DNA from: Clostridia bacterium
GTDB lineage: Bacteria > Bacillota > Clostridia > Oscillospirales > CAG-272
Reading direction: 5' to 3'
NCBI GenBank assembly: GCA_017502915.1
Contig: JAFVUB010000009.1
Span: forward strand, 6,232-70,231
DNA length: 64,000 nucleotides
Shown here: piece after piece, positions 55,395 through 64,000 of the stretch
How positions within the stretch are numbered: the stretch's first letter is position 1
How the letters are laid out: each line of letters begins with the position of its first letter
The notes under the pieces: generated by a model
The model's input: only the letters and a program-made list of their open reading frames with translations
What the model was told of the DNA's origin: nothing
Database searches by the model: none
Translations under genes and position numbers: made by a program

Positions 55395-56231
55395 TTATTT
55401 TAATATTATTTGGGTCTTACCGGGGTCAACCCGGTCGCTCTCCATTATCAGCTCCCCGATGCTCTCGGCGCGAATTATCCCACCCGAGGGGTTGATAACG
55501 CTGTCTATCCCTCCGACGATCTCAACGTCCACCGTTGAATACTCAAAGGCAAGCGTGGTGTTCGGCAATCGGCAGTTCTTCATAACGAGGTTTTCAATAT
55601 AGCAAAGCCCCTGCAGGCTTTCGACCGTACAGTTGACAAAGGTCAGATTTTTGGCGTTCCAGCCTATGTACTCGCCCGAAACGTAGCTGTCGTAAACGGT
55701 TACGTTCTCGCTGTTCCAAAAGGCGTCCTTGGTTATCAGCTTCGAGTTTCGTATAACAACGTTTTTTACCCCGTCAAACGAATATTTACCCTCGAGATAA
55801 AGCTCGTCGAACTCCATATTTTTACTGTTGAGCGCGAAGTAATCGCCCACAGCGCGGACCTTTTTGCCAACGACGTCCTCGCAGTCCCAGAGCGTTTCGG
55901 GGCTCGCCGTGAACGAAACGTTCTCAAAGCGAACGCCTCGGTCACGCCTGAAGGTCTTGGGGGCGCTGACCGTGCAGTTTTTGAGAGTTATGTTGTCGGT
56001 ATACCAAGCCGCCGCGCGACCGTTGACCGTCAAGGTAGTGTCGCAGAGCGTGACGTCCTTGCAATACCAAAGGGGATACCACCAATCAAAGGTGCTGTTA
56101 TATACCTCGACTCCGCGGCTCTCCTTCAACGGAGACTCGCCGTCCTTGAAGAGCGAATCGTATACCTTAATGCCCGACGAGGCAAACAGCGCGCGCTCGC
56201 CGGTAAATATTCCGTTTCTTTTTTCGTTCAT
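55395..56231 (-). CDS. DUF3737-like right-handed beta-helix protein
   Basis: The sequence has repetitive beta-helix turns with N-x-T/V. The N-terminus GIFTGERALFASSGIKVYDSLFKDGESPLKES matches what I remember of DUF3737. Confidence 0.5.
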   Translation of the reverse strand: MNEKRNGIFTGERALFASSGIKVYDSLFKDGESPLKESRGVEVYNSTFDWWYPLWYCKDVTLCDTTLTVNGRAAAWYTDNITLKNCTVSAPKTFRRDRGVRFENVSFTASPETLWDCEDVVGKKVRAVGDYFALNSKNMEFDELYLEGKYSFDGVKNVVIRNSKLITKDAFWNSENVTVYDSYVSGEYIGWNAKNLTFVNCTVESLQGLCYIENLVMKNCRLPNTTLAFEYSTVDVEIVGGIDSVINPSGGIIRAESIGELIMESDRVDPGKTQIILK

Positions 56232-56245
56232 TTTTCAAAAAGTCC

Positions 56246-56932
56246 TTACTTTAATACTGCGATGACCGTTCTGAACATCAGACCGATATCGTTCCAGAAT
56301 CCAAATTTTTCAAGTCCCTCAAGATTATATCTCATCTTTCCGGGCAGCACCTTTTCGAGATAGGCGCGCTCAACGTCCTCGACTCCGTCAAGCAGCTCGG
56401 CTTCGTCCTTATAGCAAATGCTTGCAAGATTGGTAACGCCGGCGGGAAGAAGCAGGGTCGCCATCATCTCGTCGGTATATTTTTCAACGTAGCGCGGCAC
56501 CTCCGGGCGAACGCCGACGAGCGTCATATCCCCCGAGATGACGTCAAGCAGCTGAGCGATCTCGTCGAGCCTGCATTTTCTTATAAAGCTGCCCACGCGG
56601 GTTATACGCGAGTCAGCTCCAACGGTTACGAGACTTCCCTTTTTATCGGCGTCTGACACCATCGTTCTGAATTTGTGAATATAAAACCGACGACCGTACT
56701 GCGTGACTCTCTCCTGACGGTAAAATACCTTGCCGGGCGAGTCCGTCTTAATTGCGATAGCCAGGATCAAAAAGACGGGCGAGAGCAAAACGAGCAATAT
56801 AAGCGAGACGAAAAGGTCAAAGCATCTCTTGAAAAAGAGGCTCACTCGCTTTTTTTGCAGCAGCTCGTAATAAGGACGAACCGCATCGTTTTGCATATTT
56901 TCGGGCAGCAGTTCCCATTTTTTAAGCATCAT
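56246..56932 (-). CDS. Small monotopic phosphoglycosyl transferase (bacterial sugar transferase, PglC/WbaP-C-like)
   Basis: The sequences SPGKVFYRQERVTQYGRRFYIHKFRTM, DEIAQLLDVISGDMTLVGVRPE are present. Confidence 0.8.
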   Translation of the reverse strand: MMLKKWELLPENMQNDAVRPYYELLQKKRVSLFFKRCFDLFVSLILLVLLSPVFLILAIAIKTDSPGKVFYRQERVTQYGRRFYIHKFRTMVSDADKKGSLVTVGADSRITRVGSFIRKCRLDEIAQLLDVISGDMTLVGVRPEVPRYVEKYTDEMMATLLLPAGVTNLASICYKDEAELLDGVEDVERAYLEKVLPGKMRYNLEGLEKFGFWNDIGLMFRTVIAVLK

Positions 56933-56935
56933 ATC

Positions 56936-58156
56936 TTATTTCGTATACTCCTCTACGACCTTTATATAGGTTTCGATGATATACTCAACCTCGTCATCGG
57001 TCAGCTTGGTGTTCAGCGGCAGAGTGATCTCGTTTTCGTAGCACGCAAGGGCGTTCGGATAATCTTTTATATCAAAGCCCATCGCGCGATACGCCGTATG
57101 AAGCGGAAGCGGCTTATAGTGAACGTTACAGTTAACGCCCCGCTCTGCCATCTTTATTATGATCTCGCGCCGCTCGGCATCACCGATGCCCCTGACACGG
57201 GTCAGATACAGGTGTCCGCTCGAGACGTGCTCATCGGTATAGTGCGAGAGAACGTCTATCCCCTTCGACGAAAACGCGGCATCGTAACGCTCTATGATCT
57301 CACGGCGGCGAGAAAGCATCTCGGGATAGCGCTCAAGCTGAACGAGCCCTATCGCGGCGGCAATATCGGTCATATTGCACTTATACCAAGTGCCGACGAC
57401 GTCGTACTCCCACGCGCCGAGCTGAGATTTTTCCAGCGCATCCTTCGACTGACCGTGAAGCGACATAAGCTGAACTCTGCGGTATATCTCGGCATCGTCG
57501 ATCCCGTCGATATGACGCCAAGTCATAGCCCCTCCCTCCGCCGTTGTCAGATTCTTGACGGCGTGAAAGCTGAAGTTTGTGAAGTCGGCGACCTGACCGA
57601 CCACCCTTCCGTGATACTCAGCACCGAAGGCGTGCGCCGCATCGGCAACGACGGCGATACGTCCAAGCTTCTCCTGAAGCTCGCCACAGGGACTGAATTT
57701 CGGGCGACAGCGCTCAACTATTTCGTATATGCGGTCGTAATCGCAGGGAACGCCGGCGATGTCCACGGGGATTATTGCCTTGGTCCTCTCGGTTATCGCC
57801 GCCTCAAGGGCGTCGTAATCCATCTCAAAGCCGTCCTTACGGCAGTCAACGAGGACGAGCTTGGCACCTACGTGGCAGACGACCGACGCCGACGCCGTAT
57901 AGGTATAAGCCGAGGTTATGACCTCGTCGCCCGCCCCGATGCCGAGCAGACGCAAAGCAAGCTCGGCGCACGCCGTTTGCGAATTGAGGCAAATGCAGCC
58001 GGCGCTCCCAAGCTGCTCGGTAATGTTTTTTTCAAGCTGCTTGGTTCGCGGCCCGGTGGTTATCCAGCCCGAACGAAGCACCGAGGCTACCGCCTCTATC
58101 TCCCCCTCACCGATATCGGGAGGTGAAAACGGTATATTATATTTAGGTTGGATCAT
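56936..58156 (-). CDS. DegT/DnrJ/EryC1/StrS-family sugar aminotransferase
   Basis: Trimmed to MIQPKYNIPFSPPDIG. The PLP-lysine context is FSFHAVKNLTTAEGG. Confidence 0.8.
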   Translation of the reverse strand: MIQPKYNIPFSPPDIGEGEIEAVASVLRSGWITTGPRTKQLEKNITEQLGSAGCICLNSQTACAELALRLLGIGAGDEVITSAYTYTASASVVCHVGAKLVLVDCRKDGFEMDYDALEAAITERTKAIIPVDIAGVPCDYDRIYEIVERCRPKFSPCGELQEKLGRIAVVADAAHAFGAEYHGRVVGQVADFTNFSFHAVKNLTTAEGGAMTWRHIDGIDDAEIYRRVQLMSLHGQSKDALEKSQLGAWEYDVVGTWYKCNMTDIAAAIGLVQLERYPEMLSRRREIIERYDAAFSSKGIDVLSHYTDEHVSSGHLYLTRVRGIGDAERREIIIKMAERGVNCNVHYKPLPLHTAYRAMGFDIKDYPNALACYENEITLPLNTKLTDDEVEYIIETYIKVVEEYTK

Positions 58157-58245
58157 ATCACTTCTTTTGCCCCGAGCGAGGCTTCCTTTCCGGGAGCTAA
58201 AGCACCCCGACATCCAATGCATTATAGCAGATACAGGCAGAGCTG

Positions 58246-59388
58246 TCAATAATCCGCGCCGTTTTTGTTGACACCGACCGACCCTTCTCTGACGATTTCG
58301 CATATCTCACGGGCGTTTTGGTCGACGTCGTCGCGAACCGACAGCTCAAGGTCGCAGACCTCGGCGTTCCGATACTCAAAGTCGAGCGACATGATTCGCC
58401 TTGCCTTGTCCTCGTCCGAAATATCGCGACCGAGAATATCAAGCAGGACCTCCTCGCGCTCACGCTGCAAAAAGACCAGCATCGCGCGGCTTCGGTAAAG
58501 GTTTTTAAGGGTCAGCGCTCCGCAGATGTCTATCGGGATAACGGCGCACTCTCCCCTTTCAACAATCGGGCGTATCTCGTCGTCAGACGTGCCGAAATAA
58601 TACTTACTGTATACCGTCGTTTCGATAAACGCGCCGTGATCGCGCTCGGCAAGGAACTGCTCCTCCGAGATAAAGCGGTACGCCGTTTCGCTCTCACCGT
58701 CGCGCCGCGGTCTGGTGGTGGTAGTGAGCGGCTTGCAAAAGCCATCGATACGGGTCAGCGACGCGGCTATCTCATTTTTTCTCGATCCCGACGGACCGAC
58801 GAGGCAGATGACCCCGCCCTCTTTAAGATCGGGCGATTTTTGGGTGAACGAGCTTCGAACCATCTTGCAAAGATGGAGAAAATCGCTGTAGTCGTTGACC
58901 GACAGAAGACCCGAAAGGTGAGTGTTCCACGGGCGTCTGAAAAGCACGGGATATGCCGCGCGGGACGCCGAGATGTTATGCGCTCCGTCGTCGAGCAAAA
59001 TGTCGAGCGACATGACCTCCTTGCGCGTTCCAATGACTATGTTCTCGGCGGGGATCTCGGGGAAATCGCGGATAAGACGCTCGGCGCGAACGCTCATGCA
59101 CGCCGCCGGAACTGCCGTCACGAAAAAGACGTCTGCCAGACGTGACAACTCGCGAACGAACTTTTGTGCGCCCGGAAGTATGGGCTGATTTTTGACGAAA
59201 TCGGGATCTGAATAGAGCGCCACTCGCTCGTCGTAATACCGACCGACTCTTCCCCAGCCCTTGATCTCGTTTATATCCATCGGCTCTTCATCGGGGTGGG
59301 CGGCGTTTATCAGCGACAAAGCGTACGCGTTGCAGTCATACAGCGTATCGTCAACGTCAAGCCCTATTCGAAGTCTGTATTTTCTCAT
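58246..59388 (-). CDS. Fusion protein: N-terminal HAD/NT5C-type 5'(3')-deoxyribonucleotidase-like domain plus C-terminal guanylate-kinase-like domain with a degenerate P-loop
   Basis: The N-terminus has IGLDVDDTLYDC (HAD motif I) and LLDDGAHN. The C-terminus has LVGPSGSRKN instead of GPSGxGK[ST], but keeps TTTRPRRDGE, YRFISEEQF and YYFGTS. Confidence 0.6.
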   Translation of the reverse strand: MRKYRLRIGLDVDDTLYDCNAYALSLINAAHPDEEPMDINEIKGWGRVGRYYDERVALYSDPDFVKNQPILPGAQKFVRELSRLADVFFVTAVPAACMSVRAERLIRDFPEIPAENIVIGTRKEVMSLDILLDDGAHNISASRAAYPVLFRRPWNTHLSGLLSVNDYSDFLHLCKMVRSSFTQKSPDLKEGGVICLVGPSGSRKNEIAASLTRIDGFCKPLTTTTRPRRDGESETAYRFISEEQFLAERDHGAFIETTVYSKYYFGTSDDEIRPIVERGECAVIPIDICGALTLKNLYRSRAMLVFLQREREEVLLDILGRDISDEDKARRIMSLDFEYRNAEVCDLELSVRDDVDQNAREICEIVREGSVGVNKNGADY

Positions 59389-59499
59389 TTCTTTCGAAAT
59401 TCCTATCCTTAAAAGTATTACCTAAATTATACATAATAACACGGTGTTTGTCAACTTAAATTTAAGAGTGACAAGGATATCGCTGCTCTTAACTATCGG

Positions 59500-59528
59500 T
59501 TGACAATCTCCCGATTTTGAGTTATAAT
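59500..59528 (+). promoter_or_regulatory. Consensus sigma-A promoter of the aro operon
   Basis: TTGACA (59500-59505), a 17 nt spacer and TATAAT (59523-59528), about 50 nt upstream of aroC. Confidence 0.6.
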
Positions 59529-59576
59529 ATCACCGTTAGTTAAGATAACAAATTCTCATAATACAGAGGATATAAG

Positions 59577-60671
59577 ATGAAAAACAGTATTGGTTCGAGC
59601 GTTATTTTAACGCTTTTCGGTGAGAGTCACGGACGCGCCGTCGGCGCCGTTCTTGACGGAATGGCACCCGGCATTGCCGTCGATGAGGAATTCATCGCGC
59701 ATCAGATGGAGCTTCGCCGCTCGGTGGCAGCTCTTTCGACCCCCCGCCGCGAGAGCGATCGCGTTCAGATACTCTCCGGAGTTTACGAGGGTAAAACGAC
59801 CGGCACTCCTATAACCTTCGTAATCGAAAACGAGCAGCAAAGGAGCGCCGATTATAAAAAAAGCTCGTCGGTCGCCCGCCCCGCGCACGCCGACTATACC
59901 TCGTTTGTCAAATATCACGGATACGCCGATCCCAACGGAGGCGGTCACTTTTCGGGTCGCATAACGGCGGGCATAGTTGCCGCAGGAGCGATCGCGCTCA
60001 CCGCGCTCGCCGCCAAGGGCATCACCGTCGGCTCTCACATAGCATCTCTCGCAGGGATCTCGGACCGCCCCTTTTCGATCGACCCGCAAAGCGAAATAAA
60101 AGCCCTGTCAAGCAAAGCCTTCGCTGTTCTTGACGACTCTGCCGCCGAGGCTATGACGGTAAAAATACTTGAGGCAAAGGAAGCGGGAGATAGCGTTGGA
60201 GGCGTTCTTGAAAGCGCCGTTTGCGGTCTTCCTGCAGGCGTTGGAGAGCCTTGGTTTGACGGACTTGAAAGCGTTCTTGCCCGTGCGATATTCGGAATTC
60301 CCGCCGTCAAGGGCGTTGAGTTCGGCTCGGGCTTTGCCCTTGCCGGGATGAACGGCTCGGCGGCAAACGACCCCTTCCTCGTCAAGGACGGAAAAATACT
60401 GACCGATACCAACCACGCCGGCGGTATTCTCGGCGGCATTTCAAACGGTATGCCACTCATCGTTCGCACCGCGATCAAGCCGACGCCCTCGATATTCAAG
60501 GCTCAGCGGAGCGTTGATCTCGAGCGCGGCGAGAACGCCGAGCTTCGTCTCGTCGGGCGTCACGACCCCGCCATCGTCCACCGCGCAAGAGTTGTGCTTG
60601 ACAGCATGATCGCCATCGTTCTGTGCGACCAGCTCTGCCTGCGCTTCGGAACCGACTATCTGATGCCGTGA
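59577..60671 (+). CDS. aroC: Chorismate synthase
   Basis: The sequences FGESHGRAVGAVLDG, RPAHADYT, GGGHFSGR and GGISNGMP are present. Confidence 0.9.
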   Translation: MKNSIGSSVILTLFGESHGRAVGAVLDGMAPGIAVDEEFIAHQMELRRSVAALSTPRRESDRVQILSGVYEGKTTGTPITFVIENEQQRSADYKKSSSVARPAHADYTSFVKYHGYADPNGGGHFSGRITAGIVAAGAIALTALAAKGITVGSHIASLAGISDRPFSIDPQSEIKALSSKAFAVLDDSAAEAMTVKILEAKEAGDSVGGVLESAVCGLPAGVGEPWFDGLESVLARAIFGIPAVKGVEFGSGFALAGMNGSAANDPFLVKDGKILTDTNHAGGILGGISNGMPLIVRTAIKPTPSIFKAQRSVDLERGENAELRLVGRHDPAIVHRARVVLDSMIAIVLCDQLCLRFGTDYLMP

Positions 60672-60676
60672 AAAAT

Positions 60677-61921
60677 ATGCAATACGGACTTATAGGTGAA
60701 AAGCTCTCTCACAGCTTTTCAAAGGAGGTCCACGCCGCCCTTGCCGACTACGACTATCGCTTGGTCGAGCTATCCCGCGACGGGCTGGACTCCTTTATGC
60801 GCTCTCGCAACTTCAAGGCGATAAACGTAACCGTGCCCTACAAAAGCGCCGTTATTCCCTATCTCGACGTCATTGACGACACCGCCCGTGATATCGGCGC
60901 AGTCAACACCGTAAAATGCATCGGCGATAAGCTTTACGGCTACAACACCGACGTCTTGGGGCTTCGCGACCTTATTTTAAGAGTTTCGCCCGAGACGCGC
61001 GGCAAAACGGTACTGATCCTCGGCAGCGGCGGTACGTCCAAAACGGCACACGCCGTTTGCTCCTCGCTCGACCCTCGCGAGATCGTAACGGTCGGTCGCG
61101 TCGCTCGCGACGGAGTGATCGACTACGAGAGCGCCTACCGCGATTACTCCCACGCCGACCTTATAATCAACACCACCCCGCTCGGTACGTATCCCGATCA
61201 GGACGCCTGCCCTATCGACCTTTCAAGCTTTGATAGATTATCGGGAGTTGTTGACGTCGTTTATAACCCGCTTCGAACAGAGCTCGTGGTGTCGGCAAAG
61301 AAGCGAGGCATCGCCGCCGAGGGCGGGCTTTATATGCTGGTCTCCCAAGCCGTTCACGCCTGCGAGATCTTCACCGAAACGGTCATCGCGCCCGAACGGG
61401 TCAGCGCGGTATTCTCTGACATTCGAGCAAGCAAGGAAAACATTATACTCGTCGGTATGCCGGGCTGCGGAAAAAGCACGGTCGGGCGTCTGTTGGCAAA
61501 GGAGCTCGGTCGCCCCTTTATCGACACCGACGAGCTGATCGTCGAGCGCGACGGCAGACCGATACCGCAGATCTTTGCCGAAAACGGCGAGTCCTACTTC
61601 CGCGAGCTTGAGGCGTCTGTCATACGCGACGTCTGCCTGCAAAGCCGAGGTGCGGTCATTGCCACCGGCGGCGGAGCCGTTTTGAGAGAGGAAAACGTAC
61701 ACGCTATGAAACGCGTCGGTCGTATATATTTCCTTGACCGTGACATTGAAAACATTCGTCCAACGGCAGACCGACCGCTCTCTCTTGACCGCGAGGCGCT
61801 CTCAAAGCGCTATAGCGAGCGTTATCCGATATACTGCGCTGTATCCGACGTTCATCTCACACCCGACGAGTCGGTCAACGCCCGCGTTCAAAGCATAAAA
61901 AAGGAGTTTTTATCGCTATGA
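60677..61921 (+). CDS. aroE/aroK: Bifunctional shikimate dehydrogenase / shikimate kinase
   Basis: Trimmed to MQYGLIGEKLSHSFSK. AroE motifs: NVTVPYK, GAVNT, YNTD and GSGGTSK. The C-terminal AroK domain has LVGMPGCGKSTVGR and GGGAV. Confidence 0.8.
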   Translation: MQYGLIGEKLSHSFSKEVHAALADYDYRLVELSRDGLDSFMRSRNFKAINVTVPYKSAVIPYLDVIDDTARDIGAVNTVKCIGDKLYGYNTDVLGLRDLILRVSPETRGKTVLILGSGGTSKTAHAVCSSLDPREIVTVGRVARDGVIDYESAYRDYSHADLIINTTPLGTYPDQDACPIDLSSFDRLSGVVDVVYNPLRTELVVSAKKRGIAAEGGLYMLVSQAVHACEIFTETVIAPERVSAVFSDIRASKENIILVGMPGCGKSTVGRLLAKELGRPFIDTDELIVERDGRPIPQIFAENGESYFRELEASVIRDVCLQSRGAVIATGGGAVLREENVHAMKRVGRIYFLDRDIENIRPTADRPLSLDREALSKRYSERYPIYCAVSDVHLTPDESVNARVQSIKKEFLSL

Positions 61922-62346
61922 AAATAATGATCATAAACGGACCCAACCTCAACCTTCTCGGCGTTCGCGAGCCCGAAATATACGGACGCGAGACCTATGC
62001 CGATCTGCTTGACAAGATCAGATCCCACGCCAAATCTCTCGGCGTTGAGGTCGAGTTTTACCAGTCAAACCACGAGGGCGACCTCGTTGACTGCATACAG
62101 TCGACCTACCGTCGCTGCGACGGTATAGTTATAAATCCCGCCGCCTATACTCACACCAGCATCGCCCTGCTCGACGCCGTAAAGTCGGTCGGTGTGCCGA
62201 CCGTCGAGGTACATATCTCGAACCCCGACAGCCGCGAGGAATTCCGCCGCGTCAGCTATATCAGGCAGGCGTGCGTCGCCTCGATCTGCGGCCACGGAAC
62301 GAACGGCTATCTTGAGGCGATAGACCTGCTTTTATCGAAGCGATGA
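61918..62346 (+). CDS. aroQ: Type II 3-dehydroquinate dehydratase
   Basis: The sequences INGPNLNLLGVREPEIYG, QSNHEG, INPAAYTHTS and HISNP are present. Confidence 0.9.
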   Translation: MKIMIINGPNLNLLGVREPEIYGRETYADLLDKIRSHAKSLGVEVEFYQSNHEGDLVDCIQSTYRRCDGIVINPAAYTHTSIALLDAVKSVGVPTVEVHISNPDSREEFRRVSYIRQACVASICGHGTNGYLEAIDLLLSKR

Positions 62347-62392
62347 AGCAGATAAAGAAAAGCAACCAAAGCTGCGCTTTGGTTGCTTTTCT

Positions 62393-64000
62393 TTATTTAT
62401 TCAGCTTTTCAAGATCGTTTTTGCGGATCTCGACACGTCTTACCTTACCGCTGATGGTTTTCGGAAGCTCGCTGACGAACTCCACGATCCTCGGGTACTT
62501 ATAAGGAGCTGTGTGCGTCTTGACGTACTCCTGGATCTCCTTTTTAAGCTCGTCGCTACCCTCTTTGCCCTTGACGAGAACGATGGTTGCCTTGACTATC
62601 TGTCCTCTTACCTCATCGGGAACGGGGGTTATTGCGCACTCAAGCACGTAGGGCAGCTCCATTATGACGCTCTCTATCTCAAACGGACCGATGCGGTATC
62701 CCGACGACTTGATAACGTCATCGATACGACCGACGTACCAGAGATATCCGTCCTCGTCCATCGTTGCCTGGTCTCCCGTGTGATAGAAGCCGTCGTGCCA
62801 GACGTCCTTGGTCTTCTCCTCGTCGCGGTAGTAGCCGATAAACAGACCGCAGGGCAGATTTTCCTTGGTGCGGATACAGATCTCGCCGGTGTCTCCCGTC
62901 TTACATTCATTTCCGTCCGGATCGAGTATAACGACATCGTAAAGCGGGCTCGGTCTTCCCATAGAGCCGATCTTGGTCGTTGAGCCGACAAAGTTTGCGA
63001 TCGACAAGGTGGTTTCGGTCTGCCCGAAGCCCTCCATAATGGTGAGCCCCGTCGCCTTCTTGAACTGGTTAAATACCTCGGGGTTCAGCGCCTCGCCTGC
63101 CGTCGTTGCATATTCTATCGAGGAAAGATCGTACTTCGAGAGATCCTCCTTGATAAAGAAGCGGTACATAGTGGGCGGCGCGCAGAAGGTGGTTATGTTG
63201 TACTTTGCGAACATCGGCAGAATGTCCTCCGAGCGGAATCTGTCGAAATCGTAGGTAAATATCGCCGCCTCGCAGAGCCACTGACCGTAGAGCTTGCCCC
63301 AAAGTGCCTTACCCCAACCGGTATCCGAGATGGTGAAGTGCAGTCCGTTCGGGTTGACGTTATGCCAATGCTTTGCCGTCGGATAATGACCGAGCGCATA
63401 CTTATACGAATGAGTTGCGATGCGGGGATATCCCGTCGTTCCCGACGTGAAGAGCATCAGCATCGGGTCGTTGCCGCAGGGAGTGCTCTCGGTGCGGTAG
63501 TAATGCGAGCTGAAGCGCTCCATCTCAACGTTAAAGTCGTTCCAGCCGTCTCTCTTGCCGCCAACCAATATCTTGAGCATTTCGGGGAACTCGGCTGCCG
63601 CACGCTCTGCCTCGGTCGAAACGTCGCCGTCTGCCGTGCAAACTATCGCCTTAACTCCTGCCGCCCGATATCGGTACGTAAAATCGTGCTCGACGAGCTG
63701 GTTTGTTGCGGGAATGGCTATCGCGCCGATCTTGTGAAGGGCGAGCATGCAGAACCAGAACTGGTAATGTCTTTTGAGAACGAGCATGACCGTATCTCCC
63801 TTTTTGATACCGAGAGATTCGAAATAGTTTGCCGTTCTTGCCGAATATTTCTTCAGCTCACCGAAGGTGAATCTGCGGTCGGTCTTATCGTTCGCGACCC
63901 ACATCATCGCAAGCTTATCGGGGGTCTTTTCGGCGATAGCGTCAACGCAGTCGAAGGCGAAGTTGAAGCGGTCGTCATTCTTGAAGGTGATGCCGTTGAA
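62393..64000 (-). CDS. AMP-forming acyl-CoA synthetase (medium-chain type), N-terminus outside the window
   Basis: Motifs: FTSGTTGYPR (AMP-binding), YGQTE-like GFGQTE, GD...DEDGY and the C-terminal SGKVRR. The frame stays open upstream of the track's Met, reading ...FNGITFKNDDRFNFAFDCVDAIAEKTPDKLAMMW, up to position 64000. Confidence 0.8.
   Translation of the reverse strand, partial: FNGITFKNDDRFNFAFDCVDAIAEKTPDKLAMMWVANDKTDRRFTFGELKKYSARTANYFESLGIKKGDTVMLVLKRHYQFWFCMLALHKIGAIAIPATNQLVEHDFTYRYRAAGVKAIVCTADGDVSTEAERAAAEFPEMLKILVGGKRDGWNDFNVEMERFSSHYYRTESTPCGNDPMLMLFTSGTTGYPRIATHSYKYALGHYPTAKHWHNVNPNGLHFTISDTGWGKALWGKLYGQWLCEAAIFTYDFDRFRSEDILPMFAKYNITTFCAPPTMYRFFIKEDLSKYDLSSIEYATTAGEALNPEVFNQFKKATGLTIMEGFGQTETTLSIANFVGSTTKIGSMGRPSPLYDVVILDPDGNECKTGDTGEICIRTKENLPCGLFIGYYRDEEKTKDVWHDGFYHTGDQATMDEDGYLWYVGRIDDVIKSSGYRIGPFEIESVIMELPYVLECAITPVPDEVRGQIVKATIVLVKGKEGSDELKKEIQEYVKTHTAPYKYPRIVEFVSELPKTISGKVRRVEIRKNDLEKLNK

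Noticed and set aside
56675-58126. A 483 aa plus-strand ORF antisense to the sugar transferase and DegT aminotransferase genes.
   Set aside because: It is a shadow ORF. The opposite-strand genes carry clear family motifs, and this ORF has none and spans their junction.
1-64000. Search for CRISPR arrays, rRNA, IS elements/transposases, integrases, prophage structural genes and toxin-antitoxin pairs.
   Set aside because: I could find no regularly spaced direct repeats with unique spacers, no rRNA-like conserved segments and no DDE, tyrosine or serine recombinase motifs in any ORF. The only repeats are those reported. Absence is based on reading by eye, not on a search tool.

Overview
This 64 kb window looks like a Clostridia-type Firmicutes chromosome, judging by remA-yicC-gmk-rpoZ-priA-rlmN-stp-prkC-rsgA synteny, a T-box leader, a SpoIIE-type phosphatase and [FeFe]-hydrogenases. 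It has two very different parts.

(1) Positions 1 to about 8900 are a visibly AT-rich accessory island.
- It carries a tightly coupled minus-strand operon: XRE regulator, GHKL/MORC-like ATPase, Z1-domain SF2 helicase-like protein, PD-(D/E)XK protein and an AIPR protein. The AIPR gene runs off the left edge of the window.
- It also carries a stand-alone AAA+/DUF4143 ATPase gene bracketed by a 37-38 nt imperfect direct repeat.
- It ends in about 0.9 kb of non-coding DNA that contains a tRNA 3' fragment, a possible att site.
- The operon is the best candidate for a defence system. It resembles the MORC-type restriction-like systems predicted by Iyer, Abhiman and Aravind (2008). As far as I recall it also resembles the Mza system of Gao et al. 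(2020). No methyltransferase is visible here.

(2) The rest is GC-richer and mostly core genome.
- Two lipoproteins and a GH31/GH2/AraC glycan locus.
- A small XRE and sigma/anti-sigma islet.
- A putative H2-sensing module: two thioredoxin-like ferredoxins, a HydS-like PAS hydrogenase, a SpoIIE phosphatase and a group-B-like [FeFe]-hydrogenase.
- Translation and ribosome-maturation genes.
- A Trp T-box controlling a stand-alone TrpB2.
- ftsK, split TSUP half-transporters, a sufC-sufB/D-copA unit and a small glycan-priming cluster.
- An NT5C-guanylate-kinase-like fusion with a degenerate P-loop.
- An aroC-aroE/K-aroQ operon and a partial acyl-CoA synthetase.

I found no rRNA, intact tRNA, CRISPR array, transposase or integrase. 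All function calls rest on motifs I recognised by eye. No database search was run.
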